A stretch of 45,479 nt of DNA, filler included, from Jimgerdemannia flammicorona (Eukaryota): NCBI GenBank assembly GCA_003990765.1. It is 2 parts of 2 records of this genome, joined end to end, with 100 filler letters (N's around TTAATTAATTAA, not from the genome) between each part and the next. Parts side by side here need not be neighbours in the genome. Positions count along the whole stretch, not along the records: positions 1 to 22,691 come from RBNJ01001224.1; positions 22,792 to 45,479 come from RBNJ01001225.1. One strand, 5' to 3'. The notes beneath the pieces are model-generated. The model saw only the letters and a list, made by a program, of their open reading frames with translations. It was not told where the DNA came from and did no database searches. Shown piece by piece: positions 12,451 to 22,887 of the stretch; position 1 is the stretch's first letter; every line of letters begins with the position of its first letter. Position numbers and translations under genes: made by a program.

Positions 12451-13764
12451 GGTGACTAGCTATGAGCAATCAAAGAAGAAGAAGAAGGTCACTATTCAGG
12501 AGGAGTATGCCAGCAGTGAAGAATCCACCACAGAAGAAGAGGAAGAATCTGAAGATGGAAATGATCCCAGACTCAATCCCCAAATCAATCTGGTGGATGG
12601 CCAACCAGAAGATAATGTGTGGGCCAAGAACACTATCCCTATTACCATTGGAGCTATTGTAAGAGAAGCCAAAGGGTGCCCTATATGCCTCAAGAGACAC
12701 AAGTGTCCCAAGCACTCCTCCAAGATCATGGAAACAAGGAAATCGCCTGGCACAGCCTGCCCAGAATGCAGAAGGAAGAAGAAGAAATGCAGACATGTTT
12801 CAGAAACACCTGCAACTGAAGCTGCAGAAGTACAAGCAATTTGGGATCAAGAATCATCTGAGGAAGAAGAAACTTCTGACCAAGAAGTTCCTGAACAAGA
12901 AGCACCTGATGAAGAAGAGGTCCCTGAACTCATTCCCTGAGATGACCCTTGCTGGACACCACCTGAAGACAATGACCCTTGGAATACAGAAGAAGGATCC
13001 AGTACAATCACCACTATCCTCAAGAAAGAAACCCACCAAGAGAAAGCTTTTTGGCTAGGAAGATGTCTACACCAAATGGTCTTCCACTCTCCCTGAGACT
13101 ACCACTATCAGTGTCATCTGTTGGACCAACAAGAAAGACAGAGACCCCAGAGATCAGAACCATCAACTACTCTTGTACAGTCCACCACCTTTCAAGAAGT
13201 CACCACAAGGTTACAAAGTCGATTTAGGGGACAAGGCTTCTTCATCCAAACAGAAATATACCCCTTGTCTATCCTTCCCCCAACCTATGATCAAGATGGG
13301 TACTGATTCCCAAGACAACAAGAGATAAATAGCCAGAAACATCATTTTTGGGCAATGGGATATTGCAACCATAGGAGACACGCTGACTGCCGAGACTGCA
13401 GACATCAGAAGATTCACCTCAGTCATGATGTTGCAGTGCACACTTTGAAGAAAGGAGATAACTGAAGCCAGATCTGAAAAAGCCAGATTTGAAAAAGCCA
13501 GACCAAGAAGCCCAGAAAAAGATCCTCAAGATCTATAATTTGGGAGAAGACATCCTAGCTCTCATCAGACATGCAACCTGCCAAGAATGGGCAGAAGATG
13601 CCACCAACTTCATGGAAGCCCTTGACCCTACAGAAAGGAGGGGAATCAACTACCTCCGAGACCCCTCTACTGGAGCCAGATGGCCACACCTCAATCTTAG
13701 AGTCTGGAGGCTTTCCGCTAGCAGAGCTTCAGCCTTAGAAAAGCCTGAACTCAGCAAGGATATT

Positions 13765-14172
13765 GCCCAGTATGCCCTGCTGCACCCCAAGGCCAAACCC
13801 CTGACCAAAGCTCACCCAGAGGATATAGGATATGATCTTCACAGCCTGGAGGATGAATCTATCAAGCCTGGAAAAACCTTCATGGTCAGAACCAGATTAG
13901 CCATGCAGCCACCCCAAGGAGCTTATATTCAACTGACCTCAAGGTCCAGACTTGCCAGACAAGGGATAACTGTAGAAGGAGGAACCATTGACTCTAGATA
14001 TACAGGTGAAATCAAGGTCATCCTACACAACAGCAGTACAGAATAGCACCGAATTATTAGAGGACAGAAGATTGCCCAAGCAGTCTTCATGAAGGTCAAA
14101 ACCCCACAGTTACAGGAAGTCTATGAACTAACTAAAAGAACAAGACAAGCCAAGGGATTTGGAAATTCAGAC
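13765..14172 (+). pseudogene. dut: dUTPase domain in pol, between protease and RT
   Basis: Motifs IGYDL, SRSRLA (RSGLA), GGTIDSRYTGEIKV, GQKIAQ and RQAKGFGNSD (motif V); one in-frame stop at 14044. Confidence 0.93.
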
Positions 14173-14589
14173 AGGAAAGAGATACATCTCCTTCAAGTCA
14201 ACCACCTCAAGAGGAATATTTCCCAGCAAGTGTACTGGCAACCAGTCAGACTGCACAAGAATCTCATCCTGGAGCCCGGAGAATAAACTACCTTCGAAAT
14301 CTTTGCACCACCTGATCCCAGAAACCTTTTCTTTGAACCCAAGGAAGATATCCCACACCTGGATATAGAGGGACACACATTCCCTGACAAGATGAACCCA
14401 GTACACTCCTGAGCAACCAACCAAAGTTGGGAGACCATCATCTTGCTGAAAGAAACCATCATAGGACATCTGGTGCCTTTTCTCAACCGAACTCATAGGG
14501 AAGTTTATGAACTAAACCTATCAGGAAACGGCAAAAGGTCCCAGAAGAAAGGAAAGGCCCCTCTGCGACCCAGGAGACAGTGAAACCTT

Positions 14590-15995
14590 CCACTAATATT
14601 GGAGAAGAATTGACACCCCAATAACAGCAACAACTAGTAGAACTTCTCAACAAATATCAAGATATCTTCACCACTGATTATGGCAACCTGCCATACAATC
14701 CATCATACCACCACAGCATAAATATAGGAAATGCAACACCCATCTGGCAGAAACCCTATAGAATACCCCATCACTTGAAAACATTCGAAAAAGAGCACAT
14801 ATAAGAACTCTTAGACAATGGAGTCATCTGACCCTCTACCAGCTCCTGGGCCAGCCCTATACTTATTGTATCAAAGAAAGAAGGATGGAGACTCTGCATG
14901 GATTATAGGAAACTCAATTCAGTCACTGAAAAGGATGCCTATCCTTTGCCCAGAATCAATGACCTCTTGGATCAGTTACAAGATACCAGATACTTCAGCA
15001 GTATGAACCTCTTCGCAGGATTCCATGAGATCCCCATAGACCTCAAGGACATTCAAAAGACAGCCTTTCTTGCTCTAGAAAAACTGTTCGAGTACCTTTG
15101 AATGCCCTTTGGACTTTGCTATATACCCCCCACCTTCCAGAGGATGATGAATTCAGTCTATACCCCCCTGATCCATCATTACCTGATTGTATACATGGAT
15201 GATTCCAACATATACTCAGCAAATTTCGAAGAACACCTGTATCACCTAGAGGAATTCTTCAAACTCACCCACAAGAACCATTTGAGACTAAATGCAAAGA
15301 AATGCTACTTTGGAAAACAGAAACTTGAATTCCTTGAATTCATAGTTTCGAAAGAAGGAATCTATGCAGATCCAAAGAAAACTGAGAAGATCAACAATTG
15401 GCCAGTACCCAAAACCCTAAAGGAAACACTATCATTTCTGATGCTAGTATCTTACTACAGAAGATTTATCAAGAACTTTGCTCAAATCGCTGCCCCAATC
15501 CGGATCCTTCTCAAGAAAGAAGTACCATTCAAATAGACAGAATCACAAGGAAAAGCCTTCAAAGAACTCAAAAACCGCATGACTATAGTACTAATCCTTG
15601 TGCGCCCCAATCTACAGAAGCCATTCATCTTATATATAGATGCCTCTAAAGATGGCCTCAGAGCAGTTCTAGCCCAAGAAGGACCCAATTAACAGCACCA
15701 TGTGATAGCCTATGCAAGCAGAGCTACCAATCAGTAGCAGATGAACTATGGCAGCACTAAATTAGAATGCCTTGCAGTCATATGGGCAGTCACCCTGTTC
15801 AAGCATTATCTCATTAGAAAAAGGTTCACCCTGATCACAGACCATGCAGCTCTCAAATGGTTATTCAACTGCAAGGAACCTACCAGAATTCTAGCCTGCT
15901 GGATCCTTATCATTCAGGATTACAAAATCACCATCATCCACAAAGCAGGGAAAGCTCACAACAATGTTGATGTACTTTCCCATCAGCCCCAATGA
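14590..15995 (+). pseudogene. Gypsy reverse transcriptase + RNase H
   Basis: SSWASP, CMDYRKLN, DAYPLPRI, MPFGL, YMDD, YYRRFIKNFAQIAAP, LYIDAS, TKLECLAVIWA, ITDHAAL. Confidence 0.95.
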
Positions 15996-15999
15996 ACCA

Positions 16000-17045
16000 G
16001 AAGAAGGGTGTCCCAAGGAACTACACCCTAAAGGAAGCTCCTCAGACCATCGAGGCACAAGAAGATCTCATCCATAAAGAATATCAGAAAGCCCACCAAG
16101 GACAGATAGGTACAGAAGACAAGATTTGAAAACTGTATCAACACTGGCCTCACCTCAGAACTCAAGTCCAAGACATTATCCAGAAATGTGATACTTGCCA
16201 GAAGTACCAAGAAAAGAAGAACTATCAAGCCCCTTTGCAACTGATTCCCCCACCCACTCACATCTTTCAGAGATGGAGTGTAGATGTAATTGGACCTCTA
16301 CCAGTTATACCAAGAAACAAATATATTCTTGTATTTGTAGAACATCTGACCAAGTGGCCTGAGGCTTTCCCAATGGAAATCACAGATGCCTTAACTATTG
16401 TAGGCCTCCTCCATAGACTCACACTCAGATATGGACCCCCAGAAGAACTCATCTCTGACTGAGGCACAGAATTCATCAACAACATAATCACAAGTTATGC
16501 CCAAATTCACAAGATCTACCTCAAAAGGACTACATCATACCACCCCTAGACCAATGGCATGATAGAGAGAATGAATCAGACCATCAAGAAAGGACTTGCC
16601 CGAGTCAATCCTACTAATTGGGACCTCTGCTTACCTGAGATCCTATGGGAAATTTGGAACACTCCTGCTGCCTCTACCAAACAAAAGCCATTCGAAATGA
16701 TGTTTGCCAAGAAAACCAGAACTGCTGACCATGAGAATCTTGGAGACCTCTTCAAGAAGACAGAACAGTTATGTAATCAAGCCCAAGGACAGATTATCAA
16801 AGCCCAAGAAAGACAAAAGAAGTACTATAACCAAAAACAGAAGGATCAGGAGATCAAGATTGGAGATCAAGTCCTAGTTTGGAGAAGCATGATTGAGACA
16901 AACTTTGCTGCCAAACTGGAACTGAAATAGGAAGAACCTTATCTTGTACACAACATCAGAGGAACCAGCATCTATTTAAGAAGTGTGGATGGATGAACCC
17001 TCAGAACACCAGTATACATCAATTGCCTCAAGATATACTTTTCCC
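16000..17045 (+). pseudogene. Gypsy integrase (HHCC + DDE + GPY/F-like), no chromodomain
   Basis: H..AH..CDTC, WSVDVIGPLP, ISD*GTEF, NGMIERMN, K*EEPY. Confidence 0.93.
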
Positions 17046-17051
17046 CACATC

Positions 17052-17571
17052 ATGAATCAGAGAGTTGACAACTGCCTTCAGACTCTTACATATCCTCAGC
17101 TTATTTCAATTACTGCCAGTCCCCCTACCCCAATTCCAAGAAGTCAATGGGAATACTCTCCAGAAGATCCAGATTCATCAAGAGAATCTTGTCCTGGCCA
17201 GATGATTGCTACAGGTTCATCAACTTCAGGCCCACTATGCAATTGGGGAACAATTGCAGAACCTCCCAGTCCCAGAACAAACATATATCAGAAATACCAC
17301 AGGACTATCAAGGAGATATGTTACTGCTACCAACAGGCTCTATACCCTTTACAAGCAAAACCCTGCAGCTCTGATGCAAGCACAATTCTCCTGGTATGAT
17401 ACATGAGGAATGAACCTAGCCACCTACCTGAGCATTGTCAATGCTGTTGAAATCTTATTCCTGGAAGAAGAAGAAGAACCCTTGGAATGGAGTGACCATG
17501 GTACAGATGACGAAGATGATAGAACAGGTATTGATACAGAAGATGCTTACCCACACTGGAATGATGACTAA
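17052..17571 (+). pseudogene. Extra ORF3 between integrase and PPT (unknown function, acidic C-terminus)
   Basis: Reads MNQRVDNCLQTL... then, after one frameshift, QEVNGNTLQKIQ..AHYAIGEQLQ..RYVTATNRLYTLY..EEEEE..WNDD*; internal stops are CGA>TGA type. Confidence 0.6.
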
Positions 17572-17611
17572 AGGATAGTCTGAGGACAGACTATCCTTTA
17601 GTGGGGGCTGA
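17567..17611 (+). promoter_or_regulatory. 16-bp perfect hairpin followed by the polypurine-tract region
   Basis: ACTAAAGGATAGTCTG-AGGA-CAGACTATCCTTTAGT, then GGGGGCTGA directly before the 3' LTR TGT. Confidence 0.8.
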
Positions 17612-19057
17612 TGTGACAAACCAGAACATATCACCCAAATTATACCTTAGCCAGATGATATGAACACACAGTATAGTAACCAGCAACCATTGCTATGAAA
17701 ACTGTATAAATAGCCAGACTACCAGATAAGGTATATCTGTGCAGGACCTGCACACCTGTGCCAGACCTGCATACTTGTGCTGGATCTACACAACTTGCCA
17801 TAGATAGCAAATCTATAGTTAGCCACATAGCAACCAGATAGCAACCAACTTGTATAAATTACCCCAGAGACGAGAGTGAATAAACCTCAGTCCAAAATTG
17901 AAGCAAAAGACAAGTCTGCCTACCACACTTCAAGAGGAACTCTACAGCCACTGCTAGGAGATTGTGAACTTATTTCCCCACTCCAGTCCACTTTCCAATA
18001 CAAAGAGCGAGTCTGAAATACAAACACCAAAGAAGCCTCTAAAGATTGAGCATTGGTCCCCTTTCCACTCTGGTCCACTTTCCAATATAAAGAAGAGTTT
18101 GTTATGTCTTTTTGGTTCGCTTGCCAGATAAGCCTGAAGATTTGCCACCAAGTTCAAGGAAGAACTTTGCCACCTTTTGAAGAACCCGCTGCTTAAGGAA
18201 TAAGCCATGCTATTGGTATGCTTGCCAGATAAGCCTAAAGAACCCAAGTTTTCACCACCATTCTTACCACAAGCTAGTCTTTCTGATGTAACTTCACAGT
18301 GGAGCCAGTCTATGATGTAACCCCACACAAATGAAGCCAGTCTTTGATGTAACTTGCCAAGAATCCGAGTTATTTCCCAGAAGCCTGCCGATTCTAGAGA
18401 ATCTATGTCACCCACCATTTTCGAGTTATCCGCATTCCCAGAAGAACCCATGCCATCCAAGTAATATTCCCAGTTGAAGCCAATTTGCATCATCCGAGTT
18501 ATCTATGCCATCCGAGTTATTCATTGTTCCCAGTGAGCCTGAGTTATCGAGTTATCCATTGTCAGTATAATTCCCAGTAAGAAGGATTTGCGCCATACTC
18601 TATTCCCAGTGAGCCAAATCGAGTTACCTGCCAAATTATCAGAATGTCCCACATAAGGAACTTGTCGCACTACACAGAGATTGCCACCCAAATCATATAA
18701 GAAAAGCCACCAAATTACCAGACCATCATGTACAGAGATCATTGTGCTACACAGAGATCACCCATTACTCAAGAAGAAAACTGCTCATGCTATACACAAA
18801 TTCTGCCATTCCCAGTTGACCCAGAAAGGAAACCCATTCACACAAATCGCTGCTACATCCAGAGAACTGTCTCAATTAGGAAATCGACATACAAATCACT
18901 CGTAGATATCCAGCTTTGACTATTATACCACTAAACACCAAGGACCTCAGGAATTATAGAACATTTTATTGCTTTTTGACAAAGTAACTGGGGGCTCAAG
19001 CCAAACTACATCAACCTCCAACCTTGTAATTTGCCTCTATTGAGCTGGCACATTACA
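17612..19057 (+). repeat. 3' LTR (1446 bp)
   Basis: TGTGAC...ATTACA termini; TATA-like TATAAAT at 17853, AATAAA at 17879. Confidence 0.95.
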
Positions 19058-19084
19058 ATATGCTTCTCTCTCTCAGTACAAACT

Positions 19085-19933
19085 ATGATATATGAGATCA
19101 AGTATGCTAAGAGTATGTGTACATCTTGCAAAGGCTTTAAGAATAGGTGTACCAAGGATTATAAAATCAAGAAAGATAAACTCTGCCTTGATACTAAAGT
19201 TTAATTGAATAGTTTCATGAGTATAAGCTAAAGGTATTAGCAATATACCATGAGGAAGGTGCTGGAGAATCTGATCAATAAGGTCAAGTCAGCAGATCAA
19301 ATTCCTGGATTTAATGATCTCTGTAATAAGAACTAAGAGTATGTAAAGAAGGCATTCGAGGAGAGACATATATCTGAGAAGGAAGGAGGGAAGAATGATG
19401 ATGATGATGATGATGAATCAGACAAGAAGAAGAAATCCACCATCAAGAAATCCAAGACCATAGCCATGAAGAGCAAGAAAGTCAGACAGCTCAAGAAGCA
19501 AAAGACAGAGAAGAAAAAGGCTGAGAGTGAGAGTGATATCAATGAGGCAGGTCTGAAGATGTCAGATGAGGACCCAGCTGAGGAGAAGCCCAAGAAAGAG
19601 ATTAAGAAATGAAAGGTGCCATCAGAGGCAAAGGACAATATGGGCCCAATGAAATGTGGAAGGAAGAAAAAGAAGATAGTGACCAAAGCTGAAGGAAGTG
19701 AGATAATAGAAGAGAGAGAGGAAAAGGAGAAGACAGAAGTTCCTGTAAAAAAGATGAGGCTACTTGGTAAGAAGGCCACTAAGAAGACTACTGAGAAGAT
19801 AGTGAAGCCAGCAAGCAAGAGATATAGTGAAAGGAAGAAAAAAGTCACTGAGAAAGTTAAGAAAGATGAAATAGAGACTGAGAAGATTGAGAAAGATAAG
19901 GAGAATGAGCTTGATAGTAAGGAGGCTAAATGA
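19085..19933 (+). pseudogene. Intronless PARP-type zinc finger (zf-PARP) protein pseudogene with K/D/E-rich tail
   Basis: One frame without frameshift reads MIYEIKYAKSMCTSCKG..C..KIKKDKLCL..S*RY*QY..IPGFNDL..*EYVKKAFEERH. Reverting C>T/G>A changes gives YEIEYAKS.R.SCKG..C..KI.KGELRLG..WRHW.C..GFDDL..DQE.VKKAFEEGH, the zf-PARP pattern. Confidence 0.8.
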
Positions 19934-20507
19934 GAATATTGCTGATAGAATGGCTAAAGAAGTAAGATTGCTAAATAGATATAAATAGATATAGGGTTAG
20001 AATATTTTAAGGGTATGTGTGTATATATATGTAGAATCAAAATAACATTGTATAGTATTTGTATGTATTTCTGACCAATATGGCCTCTCTTTTCAGAGTA
20101 TCTTGATATAGTGAAAATATTCTGTGAGATATATGGATAGAGGCCAATTGAATATTATTTTGTTGTCAAATATATATATATATATATATATATATTATTT
20201 GTAAATATATAGTTGAACTAAATAGCCAAATATATAGACTAAAAATATAGTCATATAAACTTAGTATTACTTGCAATTGTGAGTAGTTTTTATTTGAGAA
20301 GTATATAATAGTATTAGGAGTATATGTTCAATAATGAATTATGTATAATATAAGAGTCTATAGATTATTATTAAAATTAAATCTTTATTGATATAAGTTA
20401 AGATTTTTGTATAGTATTTATAATATTTATTATTCATAGTATTCATAGTATAGTAGTGTTTATAATATAGTTTATAGATTTATTATAGATATATTTTATA
20501 TAATAAA

Positions 20508-22135
20508 TGTAAGAGAGTTACTTTATTAGAGTACTATTATATAGTTCTGAAGAGATTTTCTAGAAGTTCTAGATGTTCTAGAAGACTGTTTCTTTAAGAT
20601 TAAGATCAATTTTATATAGAGTATATCCTCTATACTTATTGATTTCAAAATTAGGTTAATATTTCAACCAAAGTCTCTTTTCAGACTTGTTCTGAATATT
20701 CAGGATTTTCTATATTTCAGGAAGTTCAAGAAACTAAGATCAGCTTAGTTGAATCAGTATATTGCTGTAGACAATACCTAATTAGGAAATTTCAGAATCT
20801 AGTTAAAAGTAGGATCTAATAGGGTATAAATTTACTTAAGAGTAGTTTGTGAGTTATTAAATAGATTTATTTGCTATTTATGATATTACTATAAGAGTAG
20901 TGTGTAAAGGGATATTTATATGGAGAAGTATTCTTGACTTATTTGTCTGTATTTTTGTCTGAATTTCTGAGGTCTGAGAGAGTGGGTATTTATACTTAAT
21001 GGGAGGCTATTTGAACTATACTAAATGTGGATATAGTACTTAGTGCTTTAATGAGTCAGAATATAGTCATGTAGTATAAGTGTGAACTAATATATTAAGA
21101 GATTGTCTGATAACTATAAAAAAAAAATATATATATATATATTGTCTAACTGCTGAGTTAGTATGCAGTTATGTAGTATAAGGCTAATCTAACTATACTA
21201 ATGACTACTAAGCTATCTATAGATTTAGATGCTGTCTGGATATTCTTCAATGAGGACACCATTAATGACATTATTTCTGATGAAGTCTGAGCAGTCTTAT
21301 GACTTCTGATGTCATCAGTTTTAAGGTATTGTTATATGTATCTATCCCTTGCAAAATTAGAGCTATCTTCAGTAGAGATAATTGTACAAGAATAGTAGGT
21401 CTTGGTTTTCTTTTTTTTTTTAACTATTGGTACATTTGCAAGGACTAGCTATTCTTGTCTAGGGTGAGGGCTTTCATTATAATAGCTGGGAGTTCAAACC
21501 TCTTAGAAATGATATTTTCTATAATCTGAGATAATTTCTAGTAGTAATATCTATTACATAGATAGGCTTGAGATTGGTTTTGATATTGTTAGCTTTCTTG
21601 AGTTCTATATAAAGTATCTGTCATTCTCTAATAAAGGTGATATAGATGGAGTAAATGGAGTTATTCAAATATATTTTACTTCTATTGAGTAATAAGATCT
21701 TATATAGTTATAGTATATCTTGGTCTTGAGTATAACTCTATCCAGAGTATTAAGTTGATAAGTATGATTCATGAACTTTTGATGGATGAGATAGGGTCTT
21801 TCTTATTTCAGTTTGAGTTTAGTACTCCAGTTTTCTTCTATAATGGTATAATATACTAAGACTAATTGTCTAATGAGTAGAGATTCAAGGTCAGCCTTGT
21901 GGTTATAGTACTTCTTCTAGCATTCTTGTATTCTGGTAATAAATTCTCATACTTGCTAGTATACTTTATATAATTAGGTGATTTCTTCAGTAACTTGTTT
22001 CATAATCTTGCATATAGTTTCCAAATTTGTTCTGAGGGTGATATGTGATTTTGGTGGCTTGGAGGTTGTATACTTATAACTCTCTCCTTCTTAGCTTTTG
22101 ACATCCTTGTCAAGGTCTTCTAATTTGGTCTAGTA
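20508..22135 (-). mobile_element. Degenerate remnant of a second Gypsy family (LTR-like segment + 3' internal region), copy 1
   Basis: 20510-21285 aligns with 42089-42848 and 21960-22135 aligns with 44040-44237; minus-strand TATAAATA at about 20990. Boundaries are approximate. Confidence 0.75.
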
Positions 22136-22680
22136 TTTTTTTTTTTTTTTTTATAGTTACTCAGACTGCATCCTTTATTAATACTTTCATCTATCTCATA
22201 TATAATACACTGATCCCACTCCTACCTAATCCCCCCTAGGAGGAGGTCCCCTTTTCTCTCCCCTAATACCAACCCGATCAAAGACCACTAAACCATTTAT
22301 CACAGCTACCCTCCCTCCACTCTGCTTACAGATTCCCTCTACTAGGTGGTGGCATTGTCCCCTGTGAGGACCCCACCCAACCCACCACCCCATCAGTATG
22401 TCCTCCATCAACCCCTCCCATCTCAATAGCTGCTTCTGCAAACTCATCTGTCACCCCTCCTCAAAAACAAAGAGCCAATATCTAGCCAGCCCCACCTATA
22501 TATCTAAAATCCACTCTACAGCAAGCCATTCGTTACCCACTCCCCCCACTAACCTAGTGTACAAATTCTCCCAGCATCCCCTCTCCCCATCAGGTCTTCT
22601 TTTGACCCCCAGCCTATCCCCAACTGCTAACCAAAAGTTCCCCAAGACCTTGCACTCCCCCGGCCAATATTCAGGTATCT
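22136..22680 (-). mobile_element. LINE copy C: 3' end with poly(A) tail
   Basis: Poly-T at 22136-22152 and minus-strand AATAAA. 22355-22680 aligns with positions 1-320 of copy A; inserted into the second-family Gypsy remnant. Confidence 0.85.
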
Positions 22681-22691
22681 GTTTTTTTTTT

Positions 22692-22791
22692 NNNNNNNNN
22701 NNNNNNNNNNNNNNNNNNNNNNNNNNNNNNNNNNNTTAATTAATTAANNNNNNNNNNNNNNNNNNNNNNNNNNNNNNNNNNNNNNNNNNNN
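22692..22791. other. Assembly gap with artificial all-frame stop linker TTAATTAATTAA
   Basis: N44 + TTAATTAATTAA (22736-22747) + N44 = exactly 100 nt. Confidence 0.97.
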
Positions 22792-22887
22792 AAAAAAAAA
22801 AAAAAAAAAAAAAATCCCTGATCTTCACCCCAATTATCCCCATCCCTTACCTCCCTCCTCCCGACCCCTCACCAACCAAATACACAC

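Larger units (their letters stand above)
7021..19057 (+). mobile_element. Full-length Ty3/Gypsy LTR retrotransposon carrying a dUTPase and an extra 3' ORF (inactivated by point mutation)
   Basis: Paired LTRs TGTGAC...TTACA at 7021-10025 and 17612-19057. 4-bp TSD ATAT (7017-7020 and 19058-19061). PBS and PPT present. Domain order is gag-PR-dUT-RT-RH-IN. Confidence 0.96.

Noticed and set aside
13360..13430. Second zinc-finger-like motif CRDCRHQKIH in the Gypsy spacer
   Set aside because: Not in the frame leading into the dUTPase; likely an off-frame coincidence.
19333..19848. Hydrophobic Phe/Ser-rich membrane-protein-like ORF on the minus strand
   Set aside because: Antisense of the Lys/Glu-rich tail of the zf-PARP pseudogene.
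21407..21520. tRNA/SINE-like piece (poly-T, GGGAGTTCAAACCTC B-box-like)
   Set aside because: No cloverleaf or convincing A-box, and the box and tail orientations conflict; too degenerate to call.
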